The translations under genes were made by a program, and so were the position numbers. From Octopus sinensis (taxonomy: Eukaryota): 64,000 nt of DNA. This document shows positions 25,244-39,230 of this stretch, piece by piece (position 1 is the first letter of the stretch; each line of letters begins with the position of its first letter). The stretch lies in contig NC_042998.1 of NCBI RefSeq assembly GCF_006345805.1, positions 167,214,001 to 167,278,000 on the forward strand. The letters are read 5' to 3'. Under the pieces are notes generated by a model. The model was not told the DNA's origin, ran no database searches, and saw only the letters and a program-made list of their open reading frames with translations.

Positions 25244-26388
25244 CATACATACATACATTCATACATACACATAGATAGATAGACAGCCGTACGTGATACC
25301 TTCCCAATTAATGATAAATGATTGAAACAGTGACAACTTATTTCCAAAACAAGAGCGAGTTGTTAATGTCGACTATAAACTTAAAGCTAACGTTTCACTC
25401 CCATGGTTCATCAACGAATTTACTGAATGCATACACCCTGACTGACATCATGTCTGCAGGCATCGCCTCCCACACAGATATATTTAATCATCAAAGATGT
25501 ATGTATTACTTTAATGTGTGTTTCTTTAGATAATACACGTACTCCAACTGAAATATGTACAAACCTGGGGCAAACTAAAATTTAACACTTTTATGCTTGG
25601 TTCCATCATTGACCTTGATGCGGCCACCGTCTACAATGATTTCTGTTGATTATATCAACCCAAGTATTTTAACAGTTACAAACATATTTCAACTTGCATA
25701 TTTCGAGTTACGTCTTTCTTGACTTTAGTCGATTTATCCATCTTTACGTCAGTCTCAGCGAACATATTTAAAAGCATTTTTTTTTAAAGAAAAGGAAACC
25801 AAAAAAAAATAATAATAATAATCCTGAAATGTTAAATCAAACAAAATACACATAGAAATATGTACGAGCTATATATTAAAACGGATATACGTTAAGTTTT
25901 TTAAATGATTTCTCGTAATACATCGTTTTTCGACTTAAGTTTCCTCTCCTGGAATTTGTTTTCGTATGTTGTTTACTGTTGGTAACGTCCTGTACCCATA
26001 TATGCATGTGTATGTATTTATATATATGTATGTGTGTGTGTGTGTGTGTGTATTATTTGATTGAACGGCAAGCATCCATTTCCAAGTAAGTATATATATA
26101 ATATATATATATATATATGTATGTATGTATATGTATGTGTGTGTGTGTGTGTGTGCGCGTGTGTATGTGTGTATGTGTTTGTGTGTGTGTGTACTTGTGT
26201 CTGTTTTCATCCCCTTCATTTACTGCTTGACAACTGGTGTTAGTGTGTTTACATTCTCGTGAGAAGAGTAAACCAAATACAAGACCTTAAAAATAAGTAC
26301 TGGAGTCGATTCCTTCATCTAAAAAAAAAGATTCTTCATGGCATGAATACAGCATAACCTTAGTCTAATGACTGAAACAAGCAAAACG

Positions 26389-26423
<35 letters not shown>

Positions 26424-26442
26424 ATACACACGCACACACAAA

Positions 26443-26477
<35 letters not shown>

Positions 26478-26631
26478 GTGCAGGAGTGGCTGTGTGGTAA
26501 GTAGTTTGCTTATATGATTTCGGGTTCAGTCCCACTGCGTGGCACCTTGGGCAAATGTCTTATACTATAGCCTCGGATCGACTAGAGTCTTGTAAGTGGA
26601 TTTGGTAGACGGAAACTGAATGAGGACCGTC

Positions 26632-26705
<74 letters not shown>

Positions 26706-26760
26706 GCAGTGCTCCAGCATGGCCGCAGTCAAATAAAGACTGAAGCAAATAAATGAAAAG
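26478..26760 (+). mobile_element. SINE family B, internally deleted, with (TA)n
   Basis: gtgcaggagtggctgtgtggtaagtag...gggttcagtcccactgcgtggcaccttgggc...gtgctccagcatggccgcagtc. Confidence 0.85.
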
Positions 26761-26919
26761 GTAGTCCTGTCGCATTTTTGTACGTCTTCAATATTTATGG
26801 TAAAATAAGCATTTATTTTTACCGTCTAATGTTTTTTCTTCTTTCTTTGCAGATTAGTGGGTCAATTCGTATCGATTTTACCTTTTTTAAAATATGTTTT
26901 GATCAGACCCACTGTGGGC

Positions 26920-27220
26920 TGTATGAATGAATCCAAAAGGGGGCTCTTCAGCAATAGAAGAGGCAAGAAATATTCATTCTGTTGATGAAAATGATGCCTC
27001 ATGAGTCTGGACATGCCAATGATTGTTTGGCCAGATTCCTCATAGCTACCCCTCGATCTAGACGCCTAAGTTCCGTCAATATTGAGTTTCTGAAAACCGT
27101 AGTTAAGGAAACTCCAAAGCAAACTGTACGAGAATTAGTAAAACAGTTCATATTCAAGTCACGCTTCGATCATAAAACGCCTTCATGAACAAGGAAAATG
27201 TCTAAACGTGATCAGAGGGT
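26920..27220 (+). mobile_element. Mariner transposase N-terminal (HTH) remnant
   Basis: EEARNIHSVDENDA...WTCQ..FARF...PRSRRLSSVNIEFLKTVVKETPKQTVRELVKQF resembles the mariner PRSGRP...TVRELA region. Confidence 0.65.
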
Positions 27221-27896
27221 CCCCCAGATTAATCTAAGAACTATTCTTTGCTCATCATTTAAGAGACGCCTTTTACCTACAATAAAAAAGATTATTTCTC
27301 GACTCATATCTCTTCGGAATTTAAGTGACGCTACATACACTCATAGCTCCTATTGGATACCGAGTCATTCAGTAGCTGAGTCAATCGAAACGTTAGGAAA
27401 TTTTGTTTTATAGGTTACTAACAAATATGAGGATATTATTAACCCCAGAAATACTTTTTCCCTTTCCTCTTACATACTTTTTCTCTCTTTCACGCCCTCT
27501 CTTTATCTTCTCATCAAAAATGTCTTTCTTTGTACACTAGTGTTTCTACTGTTGTATATTTGCCATGAGGTTATCATAAGTTCCATCGAAAGATTTGGTC
27601 AAGGTTATTGCTGATGGAAGAAAGAGATAAAAGCAAAAGATAAACACAGACTCGAGGGCAGGGAATACATTGGCAAAGAATTGATATAAGAAACATGCAA
27701 TTGTTAAAATATCATTTAACGGGAGAGAAAACAGCAGATCTTGGCATTGATATAGTATGTTTGTATTCAGCCAGTACAATTGCTAATACATGTACTAAAT
27801 TTTATGGAATAAACCATATACATTATCAAGTAAAATGCATTGAGTATAAGGTGACATATAATGGGAAATATATTTATATACATTTATTTGTGCATG

Positions 27897-27942
<46 letters not shown>

Positions 27943-28988
27943 ATGCGTGCGTATGTATATATATATATATACGTGGTCTGATCAATAAGTATTCAGACTG
28001 CTCCTGGCATAGTAACGAAGCTAAAGCAAGCCGCAAAGTGAAGTCGTTTGTCACAGATTGACCTTGAACTCCGCCGTATATGCGCACTAAGTTTTTATAT
28101 CAAAAGCGAGTATCTTAAATATTAATGATGAAAACTTCAACCCCTGCATGCATAAGCAACAGTTCACCACTCTAAAATTTCAAACAGACGCACCATCTAC
28201 TTTGCCATTCAACCAAACCTGGACAGGTGTTTTCTTTGAACAGCAATTATTATATGCATTATATGAACTTTATGCATTAAAGACACAGGTCCCATAAACT
28301 TATACTGAGCTTCCTCATTACACAAATATATGGGCATCAGACATATCCATGACATCACACAATATACACAAATTTATGAAAAAACTCCATGAGCCTACAA
28401 TCCTGGGAGTAATCGCAAGAACCAAGTTGGACGTCAAAATAGGCAATTGATATTGGAAACATCACAATTATGAGTACATGTCGAAACACAAACAAAATGG
28501 ATAAAGTATATACGTGTGCATTTTGTATGTAAATATGTATATACACAGACACATAATATATACATACATATGTATACATCTGTGTGTTTATATGTGTGTG
28601 CATGTGTATGTGTGTGTATGCGTATGTGTTAATATGCGTATGATACAAAATGATTCACAAAGTGAATATACACATAAACTATGCATAATACCTATGTATA
28701 AATATAAACAGACTTATAAATATATAATCTTATGAATTCACAAGAACTATGTGTGAAAAACGTGTGGAACTCCGCAACCAGGTGTACACATATACGCAAA
28801 TACGAACTATTAAGTGCACACACGACATAAAATTCAATACAAGGAGATAATAACTCGAGGAGAGTTGCTGTCTCTTGAGAGATATATTTATTTGTTTACT
28901 CCAAAATCTCGAGCAATCTTACGTGATTTTATTGTGTTTTCATCTTAGATGGAGATGAACACTAACATCTCATGTGGCAGACTTGAAT

Positions 28989-29396
28989 AATTGTTGAGAG
29001 ATATCTTTCTCAACATGAAACCAATGATAGGCTTAATATACAAAGAAAGAATTTTTATTCACCAATGCGGTGTTGAGCACTCATTCTCACTGTTCGATAT
29101 TAACTATACACAGAGAGATGCACACGCATACACATACACACATGTCTATTTATCTATTTATCTGTCTGTCTGTCTGTCAGTCTGTCTATCTGCCTGTCTG
29201 TCTATCTATCTCTTCCCCTTTCTCTTTCTCTCTCTCTCTCTTTCTATGTATATATATATATATACACACACATATATAAATGTTGAACTATAAGAATGAG
29301 TGCTCAACACCGCACTGGTGGATAAAACATCTTTATTTGTATATTAAGGTTACCATTGGTTTCATGGTCAGAAAATAACTTAATATCTTAACAATT
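28989..29396. repeat. ~115-bp imperfect inverted repeat around a microsatellite spacer
   Basis: gcggtgttgagcactcattct / agaatgagtgctcaacaccgc and catgaaaccaatg / cattggtttcatg. Confidence 0.85.
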
Positions 29397-29462
29397 TCTT
29401 TCAATCTCTGTCTCTGTCTCTGTTTTTCTGTCTGTCTGTCTCTGGGTCTTTCTCTCTCGCTC

Positions 29463-29506
<44 letters not shown>

Positions 29507-29510
29507 ATAT

Positions 29511-29544
<34 letters not shown>

Positions 29545-29889
29545 TAAGGTAGGGGGCTCCGAAAGGGGGCTCACGGAGTAGCGTCCCTGTCTTTCTGAGC
29601 TAGTTTTCCAATATATTTCTTAAAAATCGTGGTACAGACTTTGGTCTCAGGACCACTCGTGTCTAGAAACTGAGGGTGGGGATAAGCCAAGGCATGCTCC
29701 CCGTAGAAAATCCAGCTCCCAAAAGTCTCATGATAGCAAAGAGCACCAACCAGCCCAAAGGTTGGGGTGGGCTGCAGCTACCTACCTTGATTGCTATGGC
29801 ATTGGGGTAGATCCGGTCATCCCCGTTAACAGGGACAAAGCCTGCATTTAAAACACTAGTTGCTGCTGTTGATGATGATGATGATATAT

Positions 29890-31200
29890 AGAGAGAATTA
29901 CGCTAATGAACTCCCACATCGCAACAAAAAAGAATTCGTAATAGAAGTGCTAAAATTCATCTTCAAAGACAACTTCTATCGGCAAAAATCAGGGACTGCG
30001 ATGGGTACGAGAATGGCACCCTCCTTTGCTAACCTAGTCGTAGGATATCTTGAAATCAGACTTAGCTGAAATCTCATGTAGGGAATAAATAAATATACAA
30101 AAACTCAACGCTAAAGCTGCTAGATGAAATATGTACAGTTATGTGTATGTGATCATGAATTAAATATATACTAAGACCAAAGTTGGTTATACGTTCGTAT
30201 TTAGGCGTGTTCTGTATTTTTCGATAAATGAATTTTCTTTATTTAAACGTCCTTGTACAGAAACTGTTTCTTTGCACTGGTAGATTGGGAAAACTGTGAA
30301 GTGTGGTTGGATATTACCTGCATATCTTTTTATGTGTTCACTCAAAGGAATCTGTCTGTACTGTGGGAAACGGATCTTTTCCTTATGTGGTGTGGCTCTC
30401 ATCTAAGTATTATACTTGTCTGACCTATATAATTATGTCCACAACCTGAGCAAGTTATAACATAAATTAGATTCTCGGAAGAACACAAGTGAAGTTAGTT
30501 TTAATTGTGAATCCCCCTCTCCTTGTTTAAATAGGAATTCCGAGCCTTCCAGTGGGTTGGGGCATGTTCCACGGTTTGGGTCCAGATTTTTTAACCGCTG
30601 GTTGTTGTATAAAGCTTCGCATTTGTCAGAAGTCGTTTCAGCGATTTGTGTTGCTTTTAGCATCTGATGAATTTATGTGTTTTCAGAATGTTGTTCATTT
30701 TTGGATCCCTAGTAAGCAAAGGTAGACTTTGTACAATAGTGTTGTATGCCTCATTGTTCCTAGTGTTGTGAGTTGATACGTACAGTAGTGTTTTGAGATG
30801 AGATGTGGTGTTACATTTAGTTTCCCTTAGTGTTTTAATGCCTAATTACTTGGAACACTTAATTCCATCGTCTATAATTGAGGGTGGATATGGTCTTTCA
30901 TTGAGTGTTGTTCTGAGGTCTTGAAGACGGAGGTCCCGAATATTTTCAACAGATAATATTGTGTAAATCCTTTTTGCTGAATTGGAGGGTATGTTTCTTT
31001 TGATGTGTTTCGGGTGGCATGAGCTAAACAGACGATATTGCTTCAAGTCCGTTGGTTTATGATAAATTTCTATTTTTCACTTTTTATTATCATAATATCT
31101 ATAAGAAAAGGAGCTGTTCCTTCTTTTATTTTATATATATATTCTTTGTATTACAACTCACCAGGTGGAATAATCGAAATTCTCCTCCTCCCGTTTTCAT
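29890..31200. mobile_element. Decayed Neptune-type PLE fragments in opposite orientations
   Basis: Plus strand 29890-30066: DNFYRQKSGTAMGTRMAPSFANLVVGYLE. Minus strand 30187-31200: SSCHPKHIKRNIP, LQDLRTTLNERPYP, PQYRQIPLSEHIKRYAGN. Both are homologous to 8600-9858. Confidence 0.85.
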
Positions 31201-31234
31201 ACTATACATGTTTATCTTTACACACATAGATATG

Positions 31235-31293
31235 TAGATTGACAGATAGACAGAGAGACAGACAGATATCTAGCTAGATAGATAGATAAATAA

Positions 31294-31326
<33 letters not shown>

Positions 31327-31335
31327 CTGATAGAC

Positions 31336-31406
<71 letters not shown>

Positions 31407-31415
31407 CAGATAGAC

Positions 31416-31507
<92 letters not shown>
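31235..31507. repeat. Long (GATA)n/(GACA)n microsatellite
   Basis: Directly visible. Confidence 0.95.
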
Positions 31508-32059
31508 GTAACAACAATATATGAATGTATATTTCTACGCATACGCGCAGATACACCTGCACACACACACACACATACAACACATACACAAATTCACAAA
31601 AGTATACTACATACAAAAGTATAAACCCACACACACTCACATATATATCTATTGCATATATAATTATTACCTGTCAAGGTTTTTATTCCCATGCAAGCCA
31701 CTTGATAAGATCGATATTTAAATTAACGATATCATTATTATTTATATCTATTGCATATATATATATTATATATGTATAGAAATTAAATATAAAATATAAA
31801 TTACAAAGTGGGACAAGAACGCAATACCGTTTATATATGTGCGTGTGCAGGTGTGTGTATGTGTGTGTGTAGATATGTATGTATACATACATATACACAG
31901 TTGACTACTCTTTATTTTCTCTTATATTCCTTTCTTCTTCGTTTTTCTCTATCCTACCTCTCTCTCTGTCTGTCTGTCTGTCTGTTTGCTTCTCTCTCTC
32001 TTTCTCTCTCTCTATATATAGAGAGAGAGTGAGAGAGACAGAGACAGACAGACAGACAG

Positions 32060-32091
<32 letters not shown>

Positions 32092-32166
32092 ATGTATATA
32101 TATATGTATATGTATATATATATAAAGATATATATATTTACACACACACACATGTATAATAGAGTA

Positions 32167-32215
<49 letters not shown>

Positions 32216-32636
32216 ATCTATATTCACTTATATTCACTTACTTTCGTCTTCTTTTCCTCTAATACTTCTTTACAACAGCATGGTTTCGTCTCTTTTTTGT
32301 TTAAGTGGTAAAGCAACTGATTCAAATCAATTCAAACTTTCCGCTCGATTGTTTTTCTATGCGCAATATAATAAACGTGAGGGTGAATGGTAATATATAT
32401 GTATATGTTATACACACGCACACACACACACAGAGTCACACACACAGACACACAGACACACTCACACTCACACACATACACACACACAGTCACGCACACA
32501 TACACACACAACCCACATATACAATCACACACACATATTTATACATATATATTTTTTTATACACACATTTTTTTAGACATATACATATATATATATATAT
32601 TTATATTATATATTTATATATATATATATTATATAT

Positions 32637-32692
<56 letters not shown>

Positions 32693-33125
32693 ATATTACA
32701 TACATAAAATACATATACGCATATGCATGTCATAATTACATGCTACACAAAACACACCTTAACCTTACAATGAAAGTAGGTATCAGTTACTATGATAATG
32801 ATAAATCATTTCATCCCTATTAAATCGGAATTTTCAAGCTTGCACATATATATATGTACACTGATACATTCATATTCACTTTTTCCTCTTCTCTCTCACT
32901 CAGTCTCTGTCGCTGTTAACTGCTTCTCTGATTAACCCACTAACACACACTCACACACACACAACAGACACATACGAGCGCACGCAGACACACACGTACA
33001 CACACAAACAAACGTACAATCAGTATCAATTGCTGTGTTAACTTAAAACATACTGTTGCAAAGCAACACACACACACACACACACACACATACACACACA
33101 TATACATACATATATATATACATAC

Positions 33126-33158
<33 letters not shown>

Positions 33159-33387
33159 ATATAAATATACGTATATATGCACACACATACAAACATACAT
33201 ACACACACATACATACATGCATACATACATAAAATACATACATACATACATTACATACATAATATACATACAATACATACATACATACAGAAAGGAATAT
33301 ATGCATGGATGGATGTCCACTGACACACACATATATGTATATATACATATGTATTATATATGTATTGCATGTATGCTTGTATGCCTC

Positions 33388-33745
33388 TTTTTTTTATTAT
33401 TATAAATCTTCCACTGAGGAGAAAGCCGGTTTCCAACAAAGATACAAGGCTCCATCTTTGGGATGTAGTTGACACAGACAAATTCAAGTTTGGAACTTGA
33501 GAAAAACTTGCATATGTTTACTGTTCCACTCACAGATTGCATTTGTAATGTACGAATTTGCCGGTCGATTTCTCTTTCTGAAAATCCCAGTTTATCCAGG
33601 TTTTCCATTAAGCATTTACTAATAAAACCTAGTGCTCCAATTATTATTTGTATGAATATGAATCATAGTCTGGATATAGAAGCTAGAGATTTCGAAGCAG
33701 TTGTCCATAGATATTCTCTTTTTCTTTGATGCTTAAAAAAATATT
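33388..33745 (-). mobile_element. 3' end of an RLE-type (R4/Dong-like) LINE
   Basis: Minus strand KENIYGQLLRNL*LLYPDYD..IQIIIGALGFISKCLMENLDKLGF...LQMQSVSGTVNICKFF, like the C-terminus of a restriction-like endonuclease. A short UTR and (TAA)/A tail follow. Confidence 0.7.
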
Positions 33746-34059
33746 TATATCTGCAGGGCAGCTGACCTCTATGATGGTACATACCTTTGTCACTCTGTCC
33801 CAAACAGCAATACCCGACCTGTTATGCTTACATTTGATAGAAGTTTGATGGAAATATTCCATTAGTATTCTTTTAGTTGGTGTTTATGAATGTATTCCAT
33901 AACAGAGGGATTTTCTAGGTTTATTGGTTGTACACAACACATCTAGATGATAAAGTCTGAGAGTTGTAAAGATAATTTATGAACACCATGTGTTTGTAAA
34001 TTTTTTACTTGTTGGGTGTGGAGGAAGGAATATTGTCCTCAGAGACTGGTGAACTTGAT

Positions 34060-34235
34060 GCTATTAATGTTCCATATAAACTGTAGCAGGTAAGACGAGA
34101 GCAAGAGGAAGATTTCAGGGAGCCGATGTTCGAGAGAGAAGGAACTGTGGGTAATGGATGTACCAAGAGTGACGAAAGGGGTAAAGACGAGTGAGTGGGA
34201 GATGCTTGAATAGTGGCTGTACAAGACCAGCTAAC
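34060..34235 (-). mobile_element. PLE linker-region fragment
   Basis: THSSFSL...IF(P)CSRLTC resembles the LVHSSF..G.FPC.R..C linker of Neptune PLEs. Confidence 0.4.
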
Positions 34236-35339
34236 TCTGAGGAACAGTGGGAGGTAATTACAGTAACCATAGATGAATAAATGAAATGAATCTTATGCTT
34301 GTTTCTAGTATCTTGTGCTTCCTTTATAAACCTTATTGTTTATTCATAAGTGAAACCAAATCTTTTACTTTCTTAGAGAAATTGCGACAGGCATAACATC
34401 GGCAACCAATGTCAAGGTAGGGCTGCTCTACCTTTTCCATCCAGCCTAACAACTATTTTAATTACGTTAGTGTATCAAGTTTACTTTGTATTTTACGTCA
34501 GCAATATTTTCTGGATTAACGTTCGCTCTAAAAGAATTTCTTTCACGCACTGATTTCAAATTATACAATCGACTTTTGTCTGTTTATAACTACAAAGATT
34601 TCCTGGATATACCAGTAAATCTGCCGTCGTACTCCACTTCTAATCCCTCATTTGTCAAATGTGTCCCTTTTTAATATAGCTTTCTGGGTGTCTTTCCTTC
34701 CATTTCAAAGAAATGCTACTTTTCCTTTTCTGGAGACTTCCCTCTATTAACTTCATCCACTTTCTTTTCTAGTGCATCCAGTATTACAGTCAGGTCCTGA
34801 TTATGTCACCATGTACACGATATGTACCTCTTTTCGATCTAACCTACAATCAGATTGTGTCTGATGCTCAGTTCCATATACTGTACATTTGCATTTGTTA
34901 TTAATTGTCACTCTTCATTTCACTAACTTTGCGGATGACATTAACATATAAAGCCTTAATATCATTTGTTTTTTCCCATGGTCCCATTTCATTAACATCA
35001 CCAAGTTTTCTTCCTTTGTAGATAAAAAAAAATTCCATTTCATGCAATTTTATCGTTGTGTACACTGAGTCAAAAGAAATTACCGCTCCTTTTATTCCTC
35101 TATCTTGACTTCACCCTCTTCTGCCTGTCTATTTTACTTGTCGATAACTAAGACGAAAGAAGAAAAAAACAGCTTGCTACTTCCTAATCTCAAGCCCTTC
35201 CTTCCATCGTTCCCATCTTCTGACATGTATTCGTGCTATATATTTATCATTACTTCATTACTTACTTTTTCTCCTACCTCTTTATACCCTGTCATAATGT
35301 CATACAAATTGTCATGTGCTTTAGAAATCGCAACATCGT

Positions 35340-35680
35340 AAAAGTTTGGTCCCCTGCAAACGATGGCAATGGTAAATACAACTGCAGTTCTTTTCCACGT
35401 ATGTTTCACTATTTTTAAATTGTCCAAGAAAAACTAAAATTTTTTCATATATTTAGTGCGTTTCTGTGCGAACCTAAATATTTTGGTGACAGCAACTTTT
35501 TTGAATTTTCCAGGAATTTTGGCTTTGTCAATTTCTTTCAAACAATCAACTATTCGGTTGCATACCTCCATTTTTTCCTACTTTTATCAGTCATAATACC
35601 TATATACCATGTTTCCAAACTTATAAACACTGTTCCTTATTCGTTGGTTCACCAGTAAATTTCTGTTGTACTCTGTGTAA
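35340..35680 (-). mobile_element. Possible Hero/NeSL-like LINE remnant
   Basis: Degenerate GEPT..VYKFGNMVYRYYD...RIVDCLKEIDKAKIPGKFK and WKRTAVVFTIAIVCRG resemble the RT thumb and RLE motifs. Confidence 0.4.
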
Positions 35681-38052
35681 GACCTGCCTAACTCATATTA
35701 ACTTATTAAAAGCACGCAGAACAGCGAAAATCAAAACAACGATGTGTATATTTATTCTTCACGCGTTCTGGCAGCCTTGAACGTGAACATTGGGCTATTG
35801 GGTTATTATTACCAGTACTGAGAGTTTTCAGCAGCAAAAGGGCTGGTAATCACCTGAAAATCGAAATACTACTTACATCTAATAAAACGATTTATGGGAA
35901 TAGAAAGTGATTGGTGACTTGGCATTCAAATACAATCGATAGCATATGCAGATGCCAGTGGTTGTATGGTGAAAATCAACATTTAGAAAATCAAAATCAA
36001 GTTAGATGAAAATCAAAATTTGAATTCTGTTCATGATAAGCAAGGGGAAATATATTTATCTGATATAAATTTTTTATCAGCTCAAATCACATATTTTAGC
36101 TACTTAGTAAAACACCCACCCATCAGCTGTTCAGTTATGTTCCTCATGACAGTGTTCCAGCTACCGTTTCCCTCTAACTAAAATAGTAATTTGAAAAAAG
36201 GGCGTAGTGTTTGCGTCGGACAAAAATACAGTAATTTGGTCGCGTAAATTTATATACAAATTCCACTGATTTCAACTTTTTCTTTCATCTTTCCGTGGTT
36301 GGTAGATTAAGCCCTAATCAAGAACTGACTGATCTTCCTTCCTCCAAAATGTGTGTCGTACAACCTAATCTAAAAATCATTATTTTCACGACATAAAAAA
36401 GAAATCGGTAAATAAAATAAAATATAGTTATAAAGGAAGATGGAAAATACATAGAACACAAAAGACGATAAGAAAAGGAAGTGAACATATGTGTTACCGT
36501 AATTAATTTAAATTCTTTGAATAGGCTATAATGGTCTTGTAATTACAAAGTAACGGTTGGGTTGTTCTTCATAGACCGACATGCCATCAACCAAATAACA
36601 CGCAACGTTTTTCAATTGTCACAACATCTTCAGTTGATTAAAACGCCATAATTTTCCTGTCGCAGGCAACTAGAAAGGCATTCTAATTCTTTGTAACAAC
36701 AGACTTCAAGCACAACCTCCTCTTTTCACTCTTTTTATTCTGACCCTAATTCTACAAAATTCAAAATTCTTCAAGCACGTGTCGTCTCTTTAATTCTCTT
36801 CTTTGCCTGATTGCGCTAAAATGCCAGTCTAATCTCTGCAAGAATACATCATATACCTACAGTACATGATGTATAAAGTCGTTAACCAAATTAAATTAAG
36901 CCTATCATCAAATATACACATCTCCAGAAACTCAGTTTAAATGTATCCACAATTAAATTAAGGACCAGAGGAGGAGAATGTTGCTTTTCCCTTAAACTTT
37001 TCAGCCTCTATACAAGACTTGTTAAAATGATGAAGCTGATATCTTGCTTGAACATTAAACCAATGATAAAATATTCACGTCTCTCGAAATGTCCAATTTC
37101 ACTCAGTTTAAGTGTATCCGCAAACTAAAACAGTAGCCATGACTGAGTAAAGTAAAGCTTTCTCGATTAAAGAAATTATGAGTTTGTATGATGTTACTAA
37201 TATTCAGTTCTAACCTATCATTGTTCCTGCGTTATGCTGACAAGTTTCATGTCCACTTAGCTCTCAATAGATACCGAACATAATATAATGCACCACCCGA
37301 GGTAAGCAGTTTAAATTCCTCTGAGGTAAATGGAACAAAACCGTTGTACCAGCTTCCTATCCAGTAACAGACTTTCCACTTGCAGAAACAGGTAGAAAGG
37401 CAAATGTTCATAATTTACATTGCAGCATTGGCACAAATTGGCAGTATTTTTTCAAAATAGGTTATCAAGTAGTCTACTGAAGCTGTCGTTTAATATTTTC
37501 GCAACAGGAGCAACTTTTTTCATAAGAGTATTTATGCATTTAAGTGTCATCAGTTTTAGTGTAAGTGATAAATATTTCGAACCTAGATTTACTGAAAATC
37601 TTTTCATGTGTCTCTTTAAGGATACTACATAGTTTAAAGATGGTTCATTAGTATATCTTAGTGAGTCACTTTACAATCTTAATGTCGAAGTCTCGCACAG
37701 ATATTGAAAATATAAACCACAAATTAAAAACTTAAAACTTCCAATTGCGATAAATGTTTTATGACCCAATTTTATCTCTTGCGATAACTGAACTTGCGTG
37801 TGTACGCGCACATACCAGCATAAAGTGGTTTCTACACACGCATGTACGTGCGTGTGATTAGTATTATGCTTCCTCGAATGTTAGGCCACCAATAAATTAT
37901 TTTATTACCCAAACCCGAAAAAGCTTAAAATATCAAGTACCGTCGATGGACTCATAAATTTACTCGAGTGTTACTTTATGGCAATCTCGCATTGATGCAA
38001 TAATTTCCTCTTATTATTATCATTATTGTTAATATTTTTATTATCATTATTA

Positions 38053-38275
38053 AGGTGGTGAGCAGGCAGAATTGTTAGCACGACGGGCAAAAATGCTTAG
38101 CGGCATTTTGTCCGTCTTTGCGTTCTGAGTTCAAATTCCGCCGAAGTCGTCTTTACTTTTTATCCTTTCGGGGTTGATAAATTAAGTACCAATCAAGCAC
38201 TGGGGGTCAAATTTATCGACCATACCCCTCCCCTCAAATTCCACGCCTTGTGCCTAAAGTAGAAAGGATTATTAT
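38053..38275 (+). mobile_element. SINE family A
   Basis: ggtggtgagcaggcagaattgttagcacg...gagttcaaattccgccg...ccttgtgcctaaagtagaaaggattatt. Confidence 0.9.
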
Positions 38276-38634
38276 TAGTAGTAAACCGTTACCTAAATAG
38301 CAATTCTTTTATCTCAATATTTAGTCGTATGGTATTTCTATTTCACCGACGTTTTCCTTCCACGCTAAATTTACGAACTGAACAATAACCAAATGGAACA
38401 GGTCTTAGTTGGTATTTGGTAATAATAAAACATCATCTAGAGGCCGAGATAATTTTAATAGATCATGAATTTATATAAAATGTTATTTGACACACATGTA
38501 TTCGTCTGTTATTCACATACCTGCCACTGGCCATTTTGAGTTATTTCCCTTTTTGCTTAGATTATGCTATAAACATAATCTACTCTTTATTTATATAAGT
38601 CTATGTCTTTTGACTACGAGCTATAAGATCGAAT

Positions 38635-39230
38635 GTGAAAGCGCATGACTTAATGGTTAGGTCGTGAGTTCTATTCCGGCGACGCGTTGTGTCTTTGAGC
38701 AAGACACTTTATTTCACGTTGTACCAGTCCACTCAGCTGGCAAAAATGAGTAATACCTGCATTTCAAAAGGCCAGCCTTCTCACACTCTGTGTCACGCTG
38801 AATCTCCCTGAGAACTACGTTAAGGGAACACGTGTCTGTGGAGTACTCAGCCACTTGCACGTTAATTTCATGAGCAAGCTGTTCCGTTGATCGTATAAGC
38901 TGGGACCCTCGTCGTCGTAACCGACGGAGTGCTCCTTTGAAGGCGCGTGGCTTAGTGGTTAGGGCATTCCACTCCCGATTGTAAGGTCGTGAGTTCAATA
39001 CCCGGTGACGCGTTGTGTCCTTGAGCAAGACACTTTATTCCACGTTGTTCCAGTCCACTCGGCTGGAAAAAATGAGTTGTACCTGTATTTCAAAGGGGCC
39101 AGCCTTGTCACACGCTGAATCTCCTTGAGAAGTGGCTCAGCCACTTGCACTTTAATTTCACGAGCAAGCTATTTCGTTGATTGTATCAGCTGGGACCCTC
39201 GACGTCGTAACCGACGAAGTGCTCCCTTTT
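38635..39230 (+). mobile_element. Head-to-tail dimer of tRNA-derived SINEs under one TSD
   Basis: Units ~38637-38938 and 38939-39229 each end gtcgtaaccgacg(g/a)agtgctcc. Flanks tataagatcgaat (38622) and tataggatcgaat (39231). Confidence 0.88.
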
